From an uncultured virus (IMG/VR IMGVR_UViG_3300047320_000346) (lineage: Duplodnaviria > Heunggongvirae > Uroviricota > Caudoviricetes), in the IMG/VR virus record IMGVR_UViG_3300047320_000346: a DNA stretch of 64,000 bases; one strand, written 5' to 3'. Below, piece after piece: positions 1 through 9,185 of this stretch (the first letter of the stretch is position 1; the number at the start of each line of letters is the position of its first letter). The position numbers and the translations under genes are program-made. Under the pieces are notes generated by a model. The model searched no databases. It worked only from the letters and a program-made list of their open reading frames with translations, and was not told the origin of the DNA.

Positions 1-185
1 ACGGATTCCTTGCGAGCAAACCTTGCCTTGCTACGGACTGCCGGCGCTTCGGGAGTGTCCATTCGGTCAGCCTCGTCGAAGCCAAGCGCTGGTACTTTGA
101 CAGCGACCAGTTCACGCCGGAGCGGTACCACGCGCTCTTCGGTGAAACTGCGCCGGCAAAGCGCGAGCCGGCGTAAGGAGGTCAG

Positions 186-662
186 GTGCTAGCCATTGAC
201 ATCACTTCCGCGCCACCGACGAGCGAGATGCTGGCGGTGGCGCGCGAGCGCTGCTCCACGCTTCGTCGCCGCTGCTGGTGGCTCATGATTCCCGTCGTGG
301 CGGTCATGTTTCCCGCAGTGTGGTTCACGCGCGATTCATTTTTGGGCGGCAGTCTCGCCGGGGTCGGATTTTCTGTTTCCGTTGGGCTTGTCGGCATAGA
401 CATCCTGCGCTTCACGATTGACCGGGAACTGTTGGCCTCTGTGACGCCGCTGCAGTGCGTGCAGCTCGAGACTGCAATGCGGGAACCGGCGGTAGCGAGC
501 TATCTGGGTGCCATTCAGCGCCAGGGCCGCGTGGTGACACGACTGGAAGCGGACGAAATCCTCCGGTATGCCCGCAAGACCCTCGAACTCGTCAACCACG
601 AGCACGCGGTGAACGCCTGGCGGGCCGTGCATGGCACACAAGTCGAGCAGCCTTCCGCATGA
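186..662 (+). CDS. Hypothetical membrane protein (2 TM)
   Basis: SD (AAGGAGG) before GTG; two hydrophobic stretches; C-terminal Y..x..GR....E pattern shared with 14003-14437. Confidence 0.75.
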   Translation: MLAIDITSAPPTSEMLAVARERCSTLRRRCWWLMIPVVAVMFPAVWFTRDSFLGGSLAGVGFSVSVGLVGIDILRFTIDRELLASVTPLQCVQLETAMREPAVASYLGAIQRQGRVVTRLEADEILRYARKTLELVNHEHAVNAWRAVHGTQVEQPSA

Positions 663-754
663 AGTCCATCGACCTTCGCGCCGCGCCGCCGACAACAGAG
701 CAGCTCGAGGCCCAGCGCGCTTCGCGCGTGCCAACCCATGATTGGAGAGATTGA
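659..754 (+). pseudogene. Truncated paralog of the 186-662 gene (N-terminus only)
   Basis: MKSIDLRAAPPTTEQLEAQR resembles MLAIDITSAPPTSEMLAVAR; ATGA overlap with the preceding stop; ends after about 31 codons. Confidence 0.5.
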
Positions 755-758
755 ATCC

Positions 759-1055
759 ATGACCTCACACGTACCGCTGCCCGCAGTCGCTGTGGCGAAG
801 CCCGGCTATCACCTGGTCGCCATCCCCAAGGGAGAGCTCGGCGAGCTCTCCAAGATTCAGGAAGAGCTCGATGAGCTGCGCGATGCCATGGAGCAAGGCT
901 CGCGCGTGATGGCGGCCGTCGAGCTGTCAGACATGGTCGGCGCCATTCAGGCCTTCATGCATCGCCACCTGCCGGGCCTGACGATTCAGGACCTGCTCAC
1001 GTTTTCCGACATTACAAAGCGAGCATTCATCAATGGCCGACGTACTTCGAACTGA
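759..1055 (+). CDS. MazG-like all-alpha NTP pyrophosphohydrolase
   Basis: KIQEELDEL...VELSD acidic motif pattern (EExxE...ExxD) of the MazG/HisE superfamily. Confidence 0.6.
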   Translation: MTSHVPLPAVAVAKPGYHLVAIPKGELGELSKIQEELDELRDAMEQGSRVMAAVELSDMVGAIQAFMHRHLPGLTIQDLLTFSDITKRAFINGRRTSN

Positions 1056-1683
1056 GCCGCGCGCGCCCGCGGTGACGGGCCCGTTTCCGGCGAACAGCCT
1101 CTTGCTCTTGCATCTGGCCATCCAGTGGTGGCAAACCCAGGGATTCGCGTACGTCGACCTGCCGTGGGTTGTTCCAGGTGGGTACGCCGCAGCACACCGA
1201 CCTGCATTTTGCCGGGACATAGCCACCCAGCACGGCTCATTCGTCGGCTCGGGCGAGCAGAGCTTCCTGATGCTGCGCGAAAAGGGGCTTCTCGCCGGCG
1301 GCGCGCCGGGCTACATAGGCTGGACGCCGTGTCTGCGCGACGAGGTGCTCGATGAGACCCACCAGCACGGGTTCATGAAGGCTGAGTGGTATGTGCCACT
1401 CGCGCGTGTGGAAGTGACCGGATGGCGCGAGCGCCTCGCTGAACTGTTGGCCGCCCAAGAAATGATGTTCCGCGCGGTCGCGCTCTATGCCGAAGGTCCC
1501 ATCGGGCTGCGCATCGACCGGGAAGAAAGTGGCGCGGCGCAGTCGGACCTGGTCGTCGCAGGTCTTGAAGTCGGCTCATATGGCCTGCGACATTTCAATG
1601 GCCAGTCGTATATCTACGGCACGGCGCTCGCCCTGCCGCGGTTCACACAGGCGCTTGCGCGTCTCGATTCAGCACGGGGTTGA
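1033..1683 (+). CDS. Stand-alone class II aminoacyl-tRNA-synthetase-like catalytic domain (no anticodon-binding domain)
   Basis: Motif1-like GFAYVDLPWV, SGEQSF, motif2-like PCLRDE...H..FMKAE, LEVGSYG, motif3-like GTALALPR; only 216 aa. Confidence 0.65.
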   Translation: MADVLRTEPRAPAVTGPFPANSLLLLHLAIQWWQTQGFAYVDLPWVVPGGYAAAHRPAFCRDIATQHGSFVGSGEQSFLMLREKGLLAGGAPGYIGWTPCLRDEVLDETHQHGFMKAEWYVPLARVEVTGWRERLAELLAAQEMMFRAVALYAEGPIGLRIDREESGAAQSDLVVAGLEVGSYGLRHFNGQSYIYGTALALPRFTQALARLDSARG

Positions 1684-1684
1684 T

Positions 1685-2287
1685 ATGGATGTAAAAAACT
1701 ACCCTTATGACCTGGTCGTCTACATCGGCCGCTTCGAGCCGTATCACAATGGCCACGACGCGTTAGTGCAGCAGGCACTCGCCCTTGGCAAGTGGGTCGT
1801 CATGGTGCTCGGTTCCGACGGGGCGCCGAGCAGCCTCAAGAATCCACTGTTCGCGGACCAGCGTATGGTCATGATTGCCAGTTGTATCGCTGGAGATGCC
1901 GTGAACCGCGTGCTGTTCGCGCCGGTTCCGGACTTCGGCGACAACGAAAGCTGGGTCGCGAAAGTCCAGGATGTGGTCGCGCACGCAGTTCCGGGGGCCG
2001 AGCGCATCGCGCTCATCAGGCACTTCAAGGACGATTCGAGCTACTACCTCAACTTCTTCCCGGACTGGCCGCTCGAGAGCGTTCCGCGGGCGAACGAACT
2101 CGATGCCACGACCGTGCGCAATGTGATGTTCGACCAACACCGGCCGCTTGAAGAACGTCTTGCCGAGATGCAGACAATGGTGCCCGCCGGCGCGCTCGAC
2201 TTTCTGGCCCGGTGGATGACGACGGGCGAGTATCAAGTACTCGCGGACGAATACACGAAGCGCGCGCTGGAGATGTCGCCCGCATGA
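1685..2287 (+). CDS. NadM-like NMN/nucleotidyl adenylyltransferase (HxGH family, no Nudix domain)
   Basis: VYIGRFEPYHNGH, LGS...KNPL, KDDSSYYL, DATTVR as in the N-terminal half of NadM-Nudix. Confidence 0.85.
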   Translation: MDVKNYPYDLVVYIGRFEPYHNGHDALVQQALALGKWVVMVLGSDGAPSSLKNPLFADQRMVMIASCIAGDAVNRVLFAPVPDFGDNESWVAKVQDVVAHAVPGAERIALIRHFKDDSSYYLNFFPDWPLESVPRANELDATTVRNVMFDQHRPLEERLAEMQTMVPAGALDFLARWMTTGEYQVLADEYTKRALEMSPA

Positions 2288-2418
2288 ACTGGCTCACGCG
2301 ACTCTTTTGCGAGCATGTCTGGCAGCGCTACGGCAGCGGCTACGACAGTCTCGTCAAGTGTGAGCGCTGCGACAAGGTAAAAGACGAAGAGCCTGGCGAC
2401 GTCTCGTCACTGGGTTAA
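2284..2418 (+). CDS. Small Cys/His protein
   Basis: ATGA overlap with the NadM-like stop; CEHVW...CERC. Confidence 0.55.
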   Translation: MNWLTRLFCEHVWQRYGSGYDSLVKCERCDKVKDEEPGDVSSLG

Positions 2419-2431
2419 GCCAATTTTCGCC

Positions 2432-2437
2432 CTATAC
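2432..2437 (+). promoter_or_regulatory. CTATAC motif (first of about 20 gene-proximal copies; see findings)
   Basis: 38 nt upstream of ATG 2476; the same hexamer recurs at similar spacing before many genes. Confidence 0.65.
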
Positions 2438-2475
2438 GGGAGCGTAGTTCAACCCACATAGAGAGGAAACAGACC

Positions 2476-2829
2476 ATGTCCAATGCATCGACTGTCACGA
2501 CCGCACTCCGCAAGGAATCGCTGGAAAAGGAAATCGCTTTTCGCGAAAGAACCGGCCTGCTTCAGGTGTCCTTCGTGCAACTCAAGGCGATGATTCGCGA
2601 AATCGGCTATCGCTTCGACCCGCACATGACGTGCAAGAGTCTCGCCCGATACATGACGGGCACGCGCGCGGGCGAATCCTACCCGAGCAACGCTCTGTAT
2701 CCGCGTCAAATCGACGACGGCTTGTCATATGCCAACGTCGGCGCGCGCCGCGATGCCAATTTCGACCGGCTGAAGGAAATCCGAAACACGTACTACTCGG
2801 TGCATGGCGGCTATATCTACGAATGGTAA
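2476..2829 (+). CDS. Hypothetical protein
   Basis: Strong SD GAGAGGA, CTATAC upstream, terminator-like hairpin downstream. Confidence 0.75.
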   Translation: MSNASTVTTALRKESLEKEIAFRERTGLLQVSFVQLKAMIREIGYRFDPHMTCKSLARYMTGTRAGESYPSNALYPRQIDDGLSYANVGARRDANFDRLKEIRNTYYSVHGGYIYEW

Positions 2830-2948
2830 TCGCCACGCGTCACAGTTGACGCAATTCAACTCCCTGAGCCTCCCTACGCTTTGCGTCTGGAGGCTCTCGT
2901 TTTCTTCTATACGGATTGCATTAGTTCAACATTCATAGAGGAAACATC

Positions 2949-3638
2949 ATGCTGACAACCAACACCGACACGCTTTTCACGCTCATCGCATCGGCCGACG
3001 CAGACGGCAAAATCGTCTTCGTCGCACCCGAGCGGCGCACCTTGCGTTCGAAAGACCACGCGCGTGACTATCTTGCCGCCATGTTCATGGAATTGCCAAC
3101 CGCAAATCTGCGGCTGGACGCGGTCAAGAAAGCCATCACGGAAATCGACCTCGAGATGACGCCCGTCGAATCCGGCACGATGCTCACGCTGAATCTGGCG
3201 AAGCTTCTGCTGCTGCCGGCGGTCACTCCCTCTGTCGAGCTTGTCGAGTTCCGCGAGATGCTGCTCGAGATGAAGACGTTTTTCGAGGCACACGAAACTG
3301 AGCGCTGCTCCATTCAAATCTGCAACGAACGGGACCGCAACCGGCGTCGATACGGCTCCATCGCGTGCCGCGTGCCCGCCGGCGAAAACAAGATGAAACC
3401 CGACGAAGACGCGACCGCGCGGCTGAAATTGCGCATCGAAGCAAGCCCGGCACTGAGCCACTGGTTGCGGCAGGTAGCGTTGACCCTCGGGAAAATCGGC
3501 CCGTGGTCGTGGACACACATCCGCGAAAACGAGCTTTTCGGTTATGCCCAGGGCCCGTACCGTTCGTGGCGCGCCAAACAGCCGCGTGTCGAGTCCACAC
3601 CTGACGCAGGTCCGTTCAAAGAACTGAAGCTCGATTAA
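2949..3638 (+). CDS. Hypothetical protein
   Basis: SD AGAGGA, CTATAC upstream, terminator downstream. Confidence 0.75.
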   Translation: MLTTNTDTLFTLIASADADGKIVFVAPERRTLRSKDHARDYLAAMFMELPTANLRLDAVKKAITEIDLEMTPVESGTMLTLNLAKLLLLPAVTPSVELVEFREMLLEMKTFFEAHETERCSIQICNERDRNRRRYGSIACRVPAGENKMKPDEDATARLKLRIEASPALSHWLRQVALTLGKIGPWSWTHIRENELFGYAQGPYRSWRAKQPRVESTPDAGPFKELKLD

Positions 3639-3668
3639 GGCCAATTCTTCGAGGCGCCCGCTCTCTCA

Positions 3669-3701
3669 CACCTCCACGCGCAGCAATACCGTGGAGGTTT
3701 T
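3669..3701 (+). terminator. Intrinsic terminator, copy 1 of a 33-bp repeat
   Basis: ACCTCCACG/CGTGGAGGT stem plus T-tract; 31/33 identical to 9186-9218. Confidence 0.8.
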
Positions 3702-4249
3702 TTATCGAAGTTGTGAAGCAGAAGAACCATGCCCGCACGAGATGCGGGCTGTTTTGCGCGGTACCCCGTAGCGCACGACACGCAGAAAACAGCACCTCAA
3801 CCGCCCTCGCCCGCCCGCAAAAACGCCCATATATTAGAAGTCAATTTACGGACATCAGGCCTAGCCAAAAACCGTCGTCCCTCTCTTCTCTCTGGATAAC
3901 GCCTTTCGCTTTTCCGGAATAGCCTGACTTGGCATTTCCATAAATCGGCACTACCATTTTAGGACTATCCGGGTCCCGGCATTTCCAAAAAGCGTGTTCG
4001 GCAAAAGGGACGATGCCGGTGGTCTGCCGGGCTCTGTCCGTAAATTGACTTTTGAGGCGGGGGAGATTTCGGGGCCGGAAAAACGCGCCTACCCCGGAAA
4101 ATCACGCCGGCCCGCAAACGGGTCCATCCGGGAAAAACGCGTCGCACTTCGGGGCGGGTCTGGCGGTCACGGCGGCGCGCTCGCATATACTTCGAACTGA
4201 ACGCCGCATCAATCCAGGCGTCGTGAAAAACTGGGAGCACGCCGCGCAA

Positions 4250-4627
4250 ATGAGCATCGTCTGGGAACAACGCATCCGTCACATCGACCGGCCCGTCAAC
4301 CGGGTGGTTCATCGCAGGTTGCTGCGTAGCCTTGACCGCCAGGCTCTCAAGGCCGCTGTCAAGGCGCAGCGTGGCGCACCTTCGGGCAACCACTCGTCGC
4401 ACTATGTCGTGACGATGGCCCGTCTCGCGATACGCCGGGCGACGCGCCGCGAGAACGACAGCGTTGCGGACGCGAACAGGCTCCTCTGGCTGCGGCTCAG
4501 GGAACGCATGCTCGAGAAAAAACGAACGGCCCGGCATGCGGCCGCCAGACGTCGACGCCCGCGGGTCACCGACACCGGTATCAATCAGGCCCGACGCAAC
4601 CGCGAATACCTCCGCGAAAACGCATAG
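4250..4627 (+). CDS. Very basic (Arg-rich) hypothetical protein
   Basis: ORF with GGGAG upstream; no family recognised. Confidence 0.45.
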   Translation: MSIVWEQRIRHIDRPVNRVVHRRLLRSLDRQALKAAVKAQRGAPSGNHSSHYVVTMARLAIRRATRRENDSVADANRLLWLRLRERMLEKKRTARHAAARRRRPRVTDTGINQARRNREYLRENA

Positions 4628-4646
4628 GGTTCAGGCCAGGCTTCGC

Positions 4647-4970
4647 TCAGCGGGGCGCTTGGTCGTGCAGCCCGCGCCCGCGAAGCTCTGCATCGAGCCG
4701 GCGCAGGTCCATGTACAAAACGGTCGAGTCGAAAAGGAATCGCTGCAGGCTGTACAACGCGGCCGCGCCCGTGCCCACGGCTAGCAATCCGCCCAGCGGC
4801 AGGTCCAGCACCAGTGCGACGGCCGGCGCCAACGCCCCAAACGCCATCGCGCTTGCAATCACGCCCACCATGCGCTGCCGAAGCGAAAGCAGGCGGCTCT
4901 TGCGCGCGCGCTCACGCATGTAGGAGTCGGTCATCATCACGCCGTAGGCGCGGGCATGTCGGTCGGTCAC
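4647..4970 (-). CDS. Hypothetical membrane protein
   Basis: Two hydrophobic segments; CTATAC (4998-5003, minus) upstream. Confidence 0.6.
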   Translation of the reverse strand: MTDRHARAYGVMMTDSYMRERARKSRLLSLRQRMVGVIASAMAFGALAPAVALVLDLPLGGLLAVGTGAAALYSLQRFLFDSTVLYMDLRRLDAELRGRGLHDQAPR

Positions 4971-5084
4971 GGGAAGCCCCCAGAATTGAAGTCATCTGTA
5001 TAGCGCGAACCGCAGCCCCACAGTCGCCGCTCCTCCCTCGAGCTATACGACAGGAGGAACCGTTCAATCAATGGAGGAAAAAAG

Positions 5085-6137
5085 ATGACGACTGACTGGC
5101 AGAAAATCCGTGAACAACGCATCGACTACGACCTGTCCGCGCCGGACGAGAAGGGCCCCACGCGCATCCTCGAGGTGCTCGCGGGACTCGGATTGAAGGG
5201 CAGAGAGCAGGAGGGACTCGTCCTGCTTGAGCAGGACGGCGCGGCCCGTGCGCAATGCATCGCGCTTGTCTCGGCCAGCGAGCTGTTTTCCTGGGATGAC
5301 GCACAAGAGACGCGCGTTGCCCGGCGCCGTGTAGGCCGCTTCAAGGGCATGACCGACCTGTTTTCGCACAAGGAGGCAACCTGGCGGCAGGCTATTGGTG
5401 AATTCTGCGGCCCGCACGCGTACCTGTATCTCATCGACCTCAATAGCTGGCTTGACGACCCGGGCAACCAGGACGTGGCCGCCATGCTCGAACACGACGA
5501 GCGCGGTGTGCTCAAGACAGTGTGTCGCCCGGTCGAGTTGCAAGCGTTGCTCGGCAACCCGTTTGGCGCGGTACGGCCATCCGGGCACGATGGCACGCCG
5601 GAGTTTGAAGTCCAGCGCATGGACCGGCATTCGTTCGAGCCTGCCGTGCGCGATTTTGGCGCTACGGTCACGCATCCGTTCATTCGGGTGCCGGATACCG
5701 AGTGCTGGCTCGAGCGGCTTGTTGCGCATCCGGAGAGCGAACGCATAACGGCCCTGGCCAACGCGCTCGTGCACCGAGTGATGGGCAACTCGCACGAGCT
5801 GTGCGTGCGTCGTCCGGAGGTGCTCATCACGCGCTCTGGCCGCACCTCGGCGATGCCCTGGTTCGTTCTGGGCATGGGCGAGCAGTACGGTCTGGCCTAC
5901 TGCATCTACCTGGCGCTAGCCTTTGACGAGGCCTCGCCGGAAATGTGGTTGGGCATTACGGATGCGCTGAACTATCTGGACCTGCCGCACTACGTACGGG
6001 CGATGGATATGCTGCGCGACTTTGTTGTCGTCACCGGCGCCAACGCGTACGTGAAGACCAATAAGGAGCAGTATCAGCAGCTCGCCAAAACCAAGCTGGA
6101 AAAAGCCGTCTCATGCCGTAAGGCAATGAACGGCTGA
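5085..6137 (+). CDS. Hypothetical protein with a degenerate ABC/Rad50-like signature region at the C-terminus
   Basis: LGMGEQ...YLALA...WLGITDALNYLD resembles LSGGE...LAL...hhhhDEP..LD; no Walker A seen. Confidence 0.6.
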   Translation: MTTDWQKIREQRIDYDLSAPDEKGPTRILEVLAGLGLKGREQEGLVLLEQDGAARAQCIALVSASELFSWDDAQETRVARRRVGRFKGMTDLFSHKEATWRQAIGEFCGPHAYLYLIDLNSWLDDPGNQDVAAMLEHDERGVLKTVCRPVELQALLGNPFGAVRPSGHDGTPEFEVQRMDRHSFEPAVRDFGATVTHPFIRVPDTECWLERLVAHPESERITALANALVHRVMGNSHELCVRRPEVLITRSGRTSAMPWFVLGMGEQYGLAYCIYLALAFDEASPEMWLGITDALNYLDLPHYVRAMDMLRDFVVVTGANAYVKTNKEQYQQLAKTKLEKAVSCRKAMNG

Positions 6138-6214
6138 TGCAAAATCTGTAACTCAGCCGCGGCCTTTATGGTCGCGGCTTTTCCATTCTGGTGGTGACCG
6201 AAGGCGGGCAGGGC

Positions 6215-6523
6215 TCAGGCGCGCGAGACCGAGTTGGCAGCCGCTTCCCGCACGCGCAGGTCCATGGCGAGCGCCGGCCAGTCGAGCAGGAATACCCCAA
6301 GGCAGTAAAGGCCGACCAGCGCGGCCGCCAGCCCGTACCAGCCTGTGTCTGGCGCCTGCAGCTCCCACACGCAGGCCGGGCCGAACAGGCCGACCAGCAA
6401 CACGTGAGCCACAATGGAAAAGACGCGTCGCTCCAGCGTCTTTTGACGGACTGCTTCAGCGCGTGCCCGATAAAGCGGTTCGCGCATCAGCCGCAGGTAC
6501 AGCTCAGGAATCTGGTCACCCAT
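6215..6523 (-). CDS. Hypothetical membrane protein
   Basis: SD AAGGAG; two TM segments; variant TTATACG motif upstream. Confidence 0.65.
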   Translation of the reverse strand: MGDQIPELYLRLMREPLYRARAEAVRQKTLERRVFSIVAHVLLVGLFGPACVWELQAPDTGWYGLAAALVGLYCLGVFLLDWPALAMDLRVREAAANSVSRA

Positions 6524-6721
6524 GGGCAACTCCTTGTTATGACGAATTCCAGCGTATAACGCTGCGAGGTTAACATCCATCGGGGAAATGCCCGAGCGCC
6601 ACGCTGGCGACAGAACAACACATACCGTACAATAAGCCTTTGTCAACTTCCGGGCAAGTTCGGGCCTTCATATTTCCCTATACGACTCCAGAGGAAACAA
6701 CACATCTGGAGGTAGGTAGGT

Positions 6722-7357
6722 ATGGAAATCATTGGTTATCACGGCACGAAGGTCGATTTCGACACGTTCGCGCCGGGCAACTCGTCAATTGACCGCATGG
6801 TCGGACCACACTTTTCGAAGACACCGGCGCTCGCCAACAAGTTTGCCCTGAGAAATCCGGGGCGAAAAGGTAACGGCAAGCGCACGGGCGGCCGGGTCAT
6901 ACCGGTGAAGCTCGCTGGCGACATCTACACGGTGGACCAGCATTTCTCGCGATTTCCCGGAGCGATTTGCAAGCTCACGCACCCTGAACTGGGGTACTGG
7001 GTCGGACTTGTCGCCACGGATTATCACGCGCTCGCGCACGACATCGGAAAGGTGGTGCTCAACGAACGCCCCGAGCTGCTCGCGCGCTATGCGGCAGCAA
7101 AGGGGTTCAAGACCGCTCAGGCCTGTATGGCTGAGCTGGAGCAGACCCGTCACTGGCAGCTCGTGAGCATGCTCGCGAGCGAGGGTGAGCAGGGTGCGCT
7201 CAAGGAGGACATCGCCCTGGCGTACCGCGACATCCTGGTGGCCCGAGGTTTCGGCGTCATCGAGTACGTGAATACCGCGAAGAAGGAACAGGTGGGCGAC
7301 CTCGCCGACCAGACCTGCTACATCGCGCTGACGAAGCCCCGTTTTTATTTTGAATGA
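6722..7357 (+). CDS. Putative ADP-ribosyltransferase (ART-PolyVal-like)
   Basis: YHGT..F..F, GPHFS...A..FA, GRVIPVKL, L..RGF..I.Y.N, then YIAL: the layout of polyvalent-protein ART domains. Confidence 0.65.
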   Translation: MEIIGYHGTKVDFDTFAPGNSSIDRMVGPHFSKTPALANKFALRNPGRKGNGKRTGGRVIPVKLAGDIYTVDQHFSRFPGAICKLTHPELGYWVGLVATDYHALAHDIGKVVLNERPELLARYAAAKGFKTAQACMAELEQTRHWQLVSMLASEGEQGALKEDIALAYRDILVARGFGVIEYVNTAKKEQVGDLADQTCYIALTKPRFYFE

Positions 7358-7378
7358 CAACCCCCGGAGGATAGAAAG

Positions 7379-7954
7379 ATGGCTGCTAAAGACAAACTGA
7401 AAGACCCGGCACACGTGGCCGAGTTGCACGAACGCCGCGAAGCTTTGCAGCGTCAGGTGAAGCTCGATGCGATGAGTAATGCAGAGCGTGCGCAGTATTA
7501 CGCGCTGCGCGTTGCGATTCACACGTGTCTCGCGGCTCGCGACGACCTCACGCAGCCTGAAAAGGGGCTCGTGCGCTCGTGTCGCGAGTTGCTCAAGGCA
7601 GTGGAGCCGTTGACCGATGGGCAGCAGAAGTGGCTGCTCGACATCGCCCAACGCACCAACGGGGAAGTGGCTAGTGATATTGACCGGCTGGTCCACCGGT
7701 GGGCCAACGGCAATGCTGACGGTGAACACCCCACGTATCCGCGAGAGAAATGGCCGCTGGCCGGCGTCAAGGGCCTTAAGCCCACGGCGTACTGGCACTG
7801 GGCGCTCAGCGAACTCGTGCGCAACGGCGGTGAAGAAGAGCACTGTGATGAATGCGGCGCTCAGCTCGATGAAGAAGGCTGGGATGGTCTGTGCGGCAAC
7901 TGCGCGGACCGCGTTGAAAGCGGCGAGGTGACTCGCGAACAGCTGGCCATGTGA
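7379..7954 (+). CDS. Hypothetical protein with C-terminal CxxC...CxxC; paralog of the next gene
   Basis: LVRSC...PLTDGQQKWLLDIA...ANG...GEH..YPR..WPLA...YW.W shared with 7982-8425. Confidence 0.8.
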   Translation: MAAKDKLKDPAHVAELHERREALQRQVKLDAMSNAERAQYYALRVAIHTCLAARDDLTQPEKGLVRSCRELLKAVEPLTDGQQKWLLDIAQRTNGEVASDIDRLVHRWANGNADGEHPTYPREKWPLAGVKGLKPTAYWHWALSELVRNGGEEEHCDECGAQLDEEGWDGLCGNCADRVESGEVTREQLAM

Positions 7955-7981
7955 CCAAAATACCGATAACGGAGGAAGAAA

Positions 7982-8425
7982 ATGCCTATTGATTTCGCTC
8001 GACTGAATGACCCGGCTGTGCGCGAGCAGATGCGTGTTGAACGCGAGGCAGCGGAGGCGAAGGCCGAAGCTCACGAGAAGATGTTGCGGCGCGAGCTCAA
8101 CATCTGTCTCGAATCAAGCGAGACGCTCGAGCAAAACGAGCGCAGTCTCGTTCGCAACTGCCAGCAGCGTCTGAACACGTACCTGCCACTGTCGGACAAG
8201 CAGGAAAAGTGGATGCTCGACATCGCCAAACGTGTGCGCAAAGACCTTGAGGTGAAGGTCCAGGCGCTCATCGTCAAGCATGCGAACGGCGACGAACTCG
8301 GCGAACACCTGGCTTATCCGCGCAGCAACTGGCCTCTGGCCGAGGAATGCGCTGATGCCCCGCGGGACTACTGGTTCTGGGTACTGCGGTTGGTCGACGT
8401 TCTGGGTGACGAGGTGACAGCGTGA
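7982..8425 (+). CDS. Hypothetical protein, tandem paralog of 7379-7954
   Basis: SD GGAGG; shared motifs as above. Confidence 0.8.
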   Translation: MPIDFARLNDPAVREQMRVEREAAEAKAEAHEKMLRRELNICLESSETLEQNERSLVRNCQQRLNTYLPLSDKQEKWMLDIAKRVRKDLEVKVQALIVKHANGDELGEHLAYPRSNWPLAEECADAPRDYWFWVLRLVDVLGDEVTA

Positions 8426-8787
8426 GCTTTGTTGCTGAAGTCTGGCTTCAATGGCCCATCTGCCGAGGCGCAACGATGTTCCGCGCAACGGCACGCACGC
8501 GTGCCCGCGCGATTGTCAAAGCAAAGTTGCACGCCGTGACACTCGACATGATTCTGCCCCACACGTATCCGGGCGAAGACTGGAGCGGCCGCCGCGTGAG
8601 CTACTCGTACGACTATGGCATCCTGTTTGGTGTGCGCGAGCTCACCGAGCAGGAGCAGAGTGAAGGCGTCAAGGAAATCTGGGCGACGAAGCTGCCGGGT
8701 CATGCAGGCCACGCGGGCGAAAATGCAAGGCTGCATCCTGTCGTTGGGGATGTGTCACTGCTCACGGGTTCGGGTCTCAGGATATAA
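8422..8787 (+). CDS. Hypothetical protein
   Basis: GTGA overlap with the preceding stop. Confidence 0.6.
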   Translation: MSFVAEVWLQWPICRGATMFRATARTRARAIVKAKLHAVTLDMILPHTYPGEDWSGRRVSYSYDYGILFGVRELTEQEQSEGVKEIWATKLPGHAGHAGENARLHPVVGDVSLLTGSGLRI

Positions 8788-8797
8788 CGGAGAGTTC

Positions 8798-9169
8798 ATG
8801 TCAAAGTTGTCAGGGTATCCCGAAGAACAGCAACCGCGCATCAAGGCGACGCTCACTCGACTTCTTGAAAGTAAGGTCGACAACGGCACGGTTGAAGAGA
8901 CCGACGCAGGCATCAAGGCGGCAATGCACCAGGCTTTCATGGAGGCTTGCCAGGTCGTTGTCACCTTAGACGCGTGCATGTGCCGGCTGTCGCACTATCC
9001 GGAAGACAGCCAGCAACGCATCCGTTCAGTTGCCACTCAGCTCATCGAAGGTCGAATCGCCAGCGGCAAGGTCGCCGGCACCGAGCAAGCAGTTCAGGCT
9101 GCCACTCGCGTAGCTGTCGACGATGCACGTCAGACCGTCATCGCAGTCGAAGAGTATCTCTGCGGCTGA
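8798..9169 (+). CDS. Hypothetical protein built of two ~60-aa repeats
   Basis: KLSGYPEEQQPRI... and RLSHYPEDSQQRI... halves. Confidence 0.75.
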   Translation: MSKLSGYPEEQQPRIKATLTRLLESKVDNGTVEETDAGIKAAMHQAFMEACQVVVTLDACMCRLSHYPEDSQQRIRSVATQLIEGRIASGKVAGTEQAVQAATRVAVDDARQTVIAVEEYLCG

Positions 9170-9185
9170 CACGTAGCACCCTCAC

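Noticed and set aside
6785..8074. 429-aa minus-strand ORF
   Set aside because: Overlaps three plus-strand genes that have SDs and recognisable motifs or paralogy.
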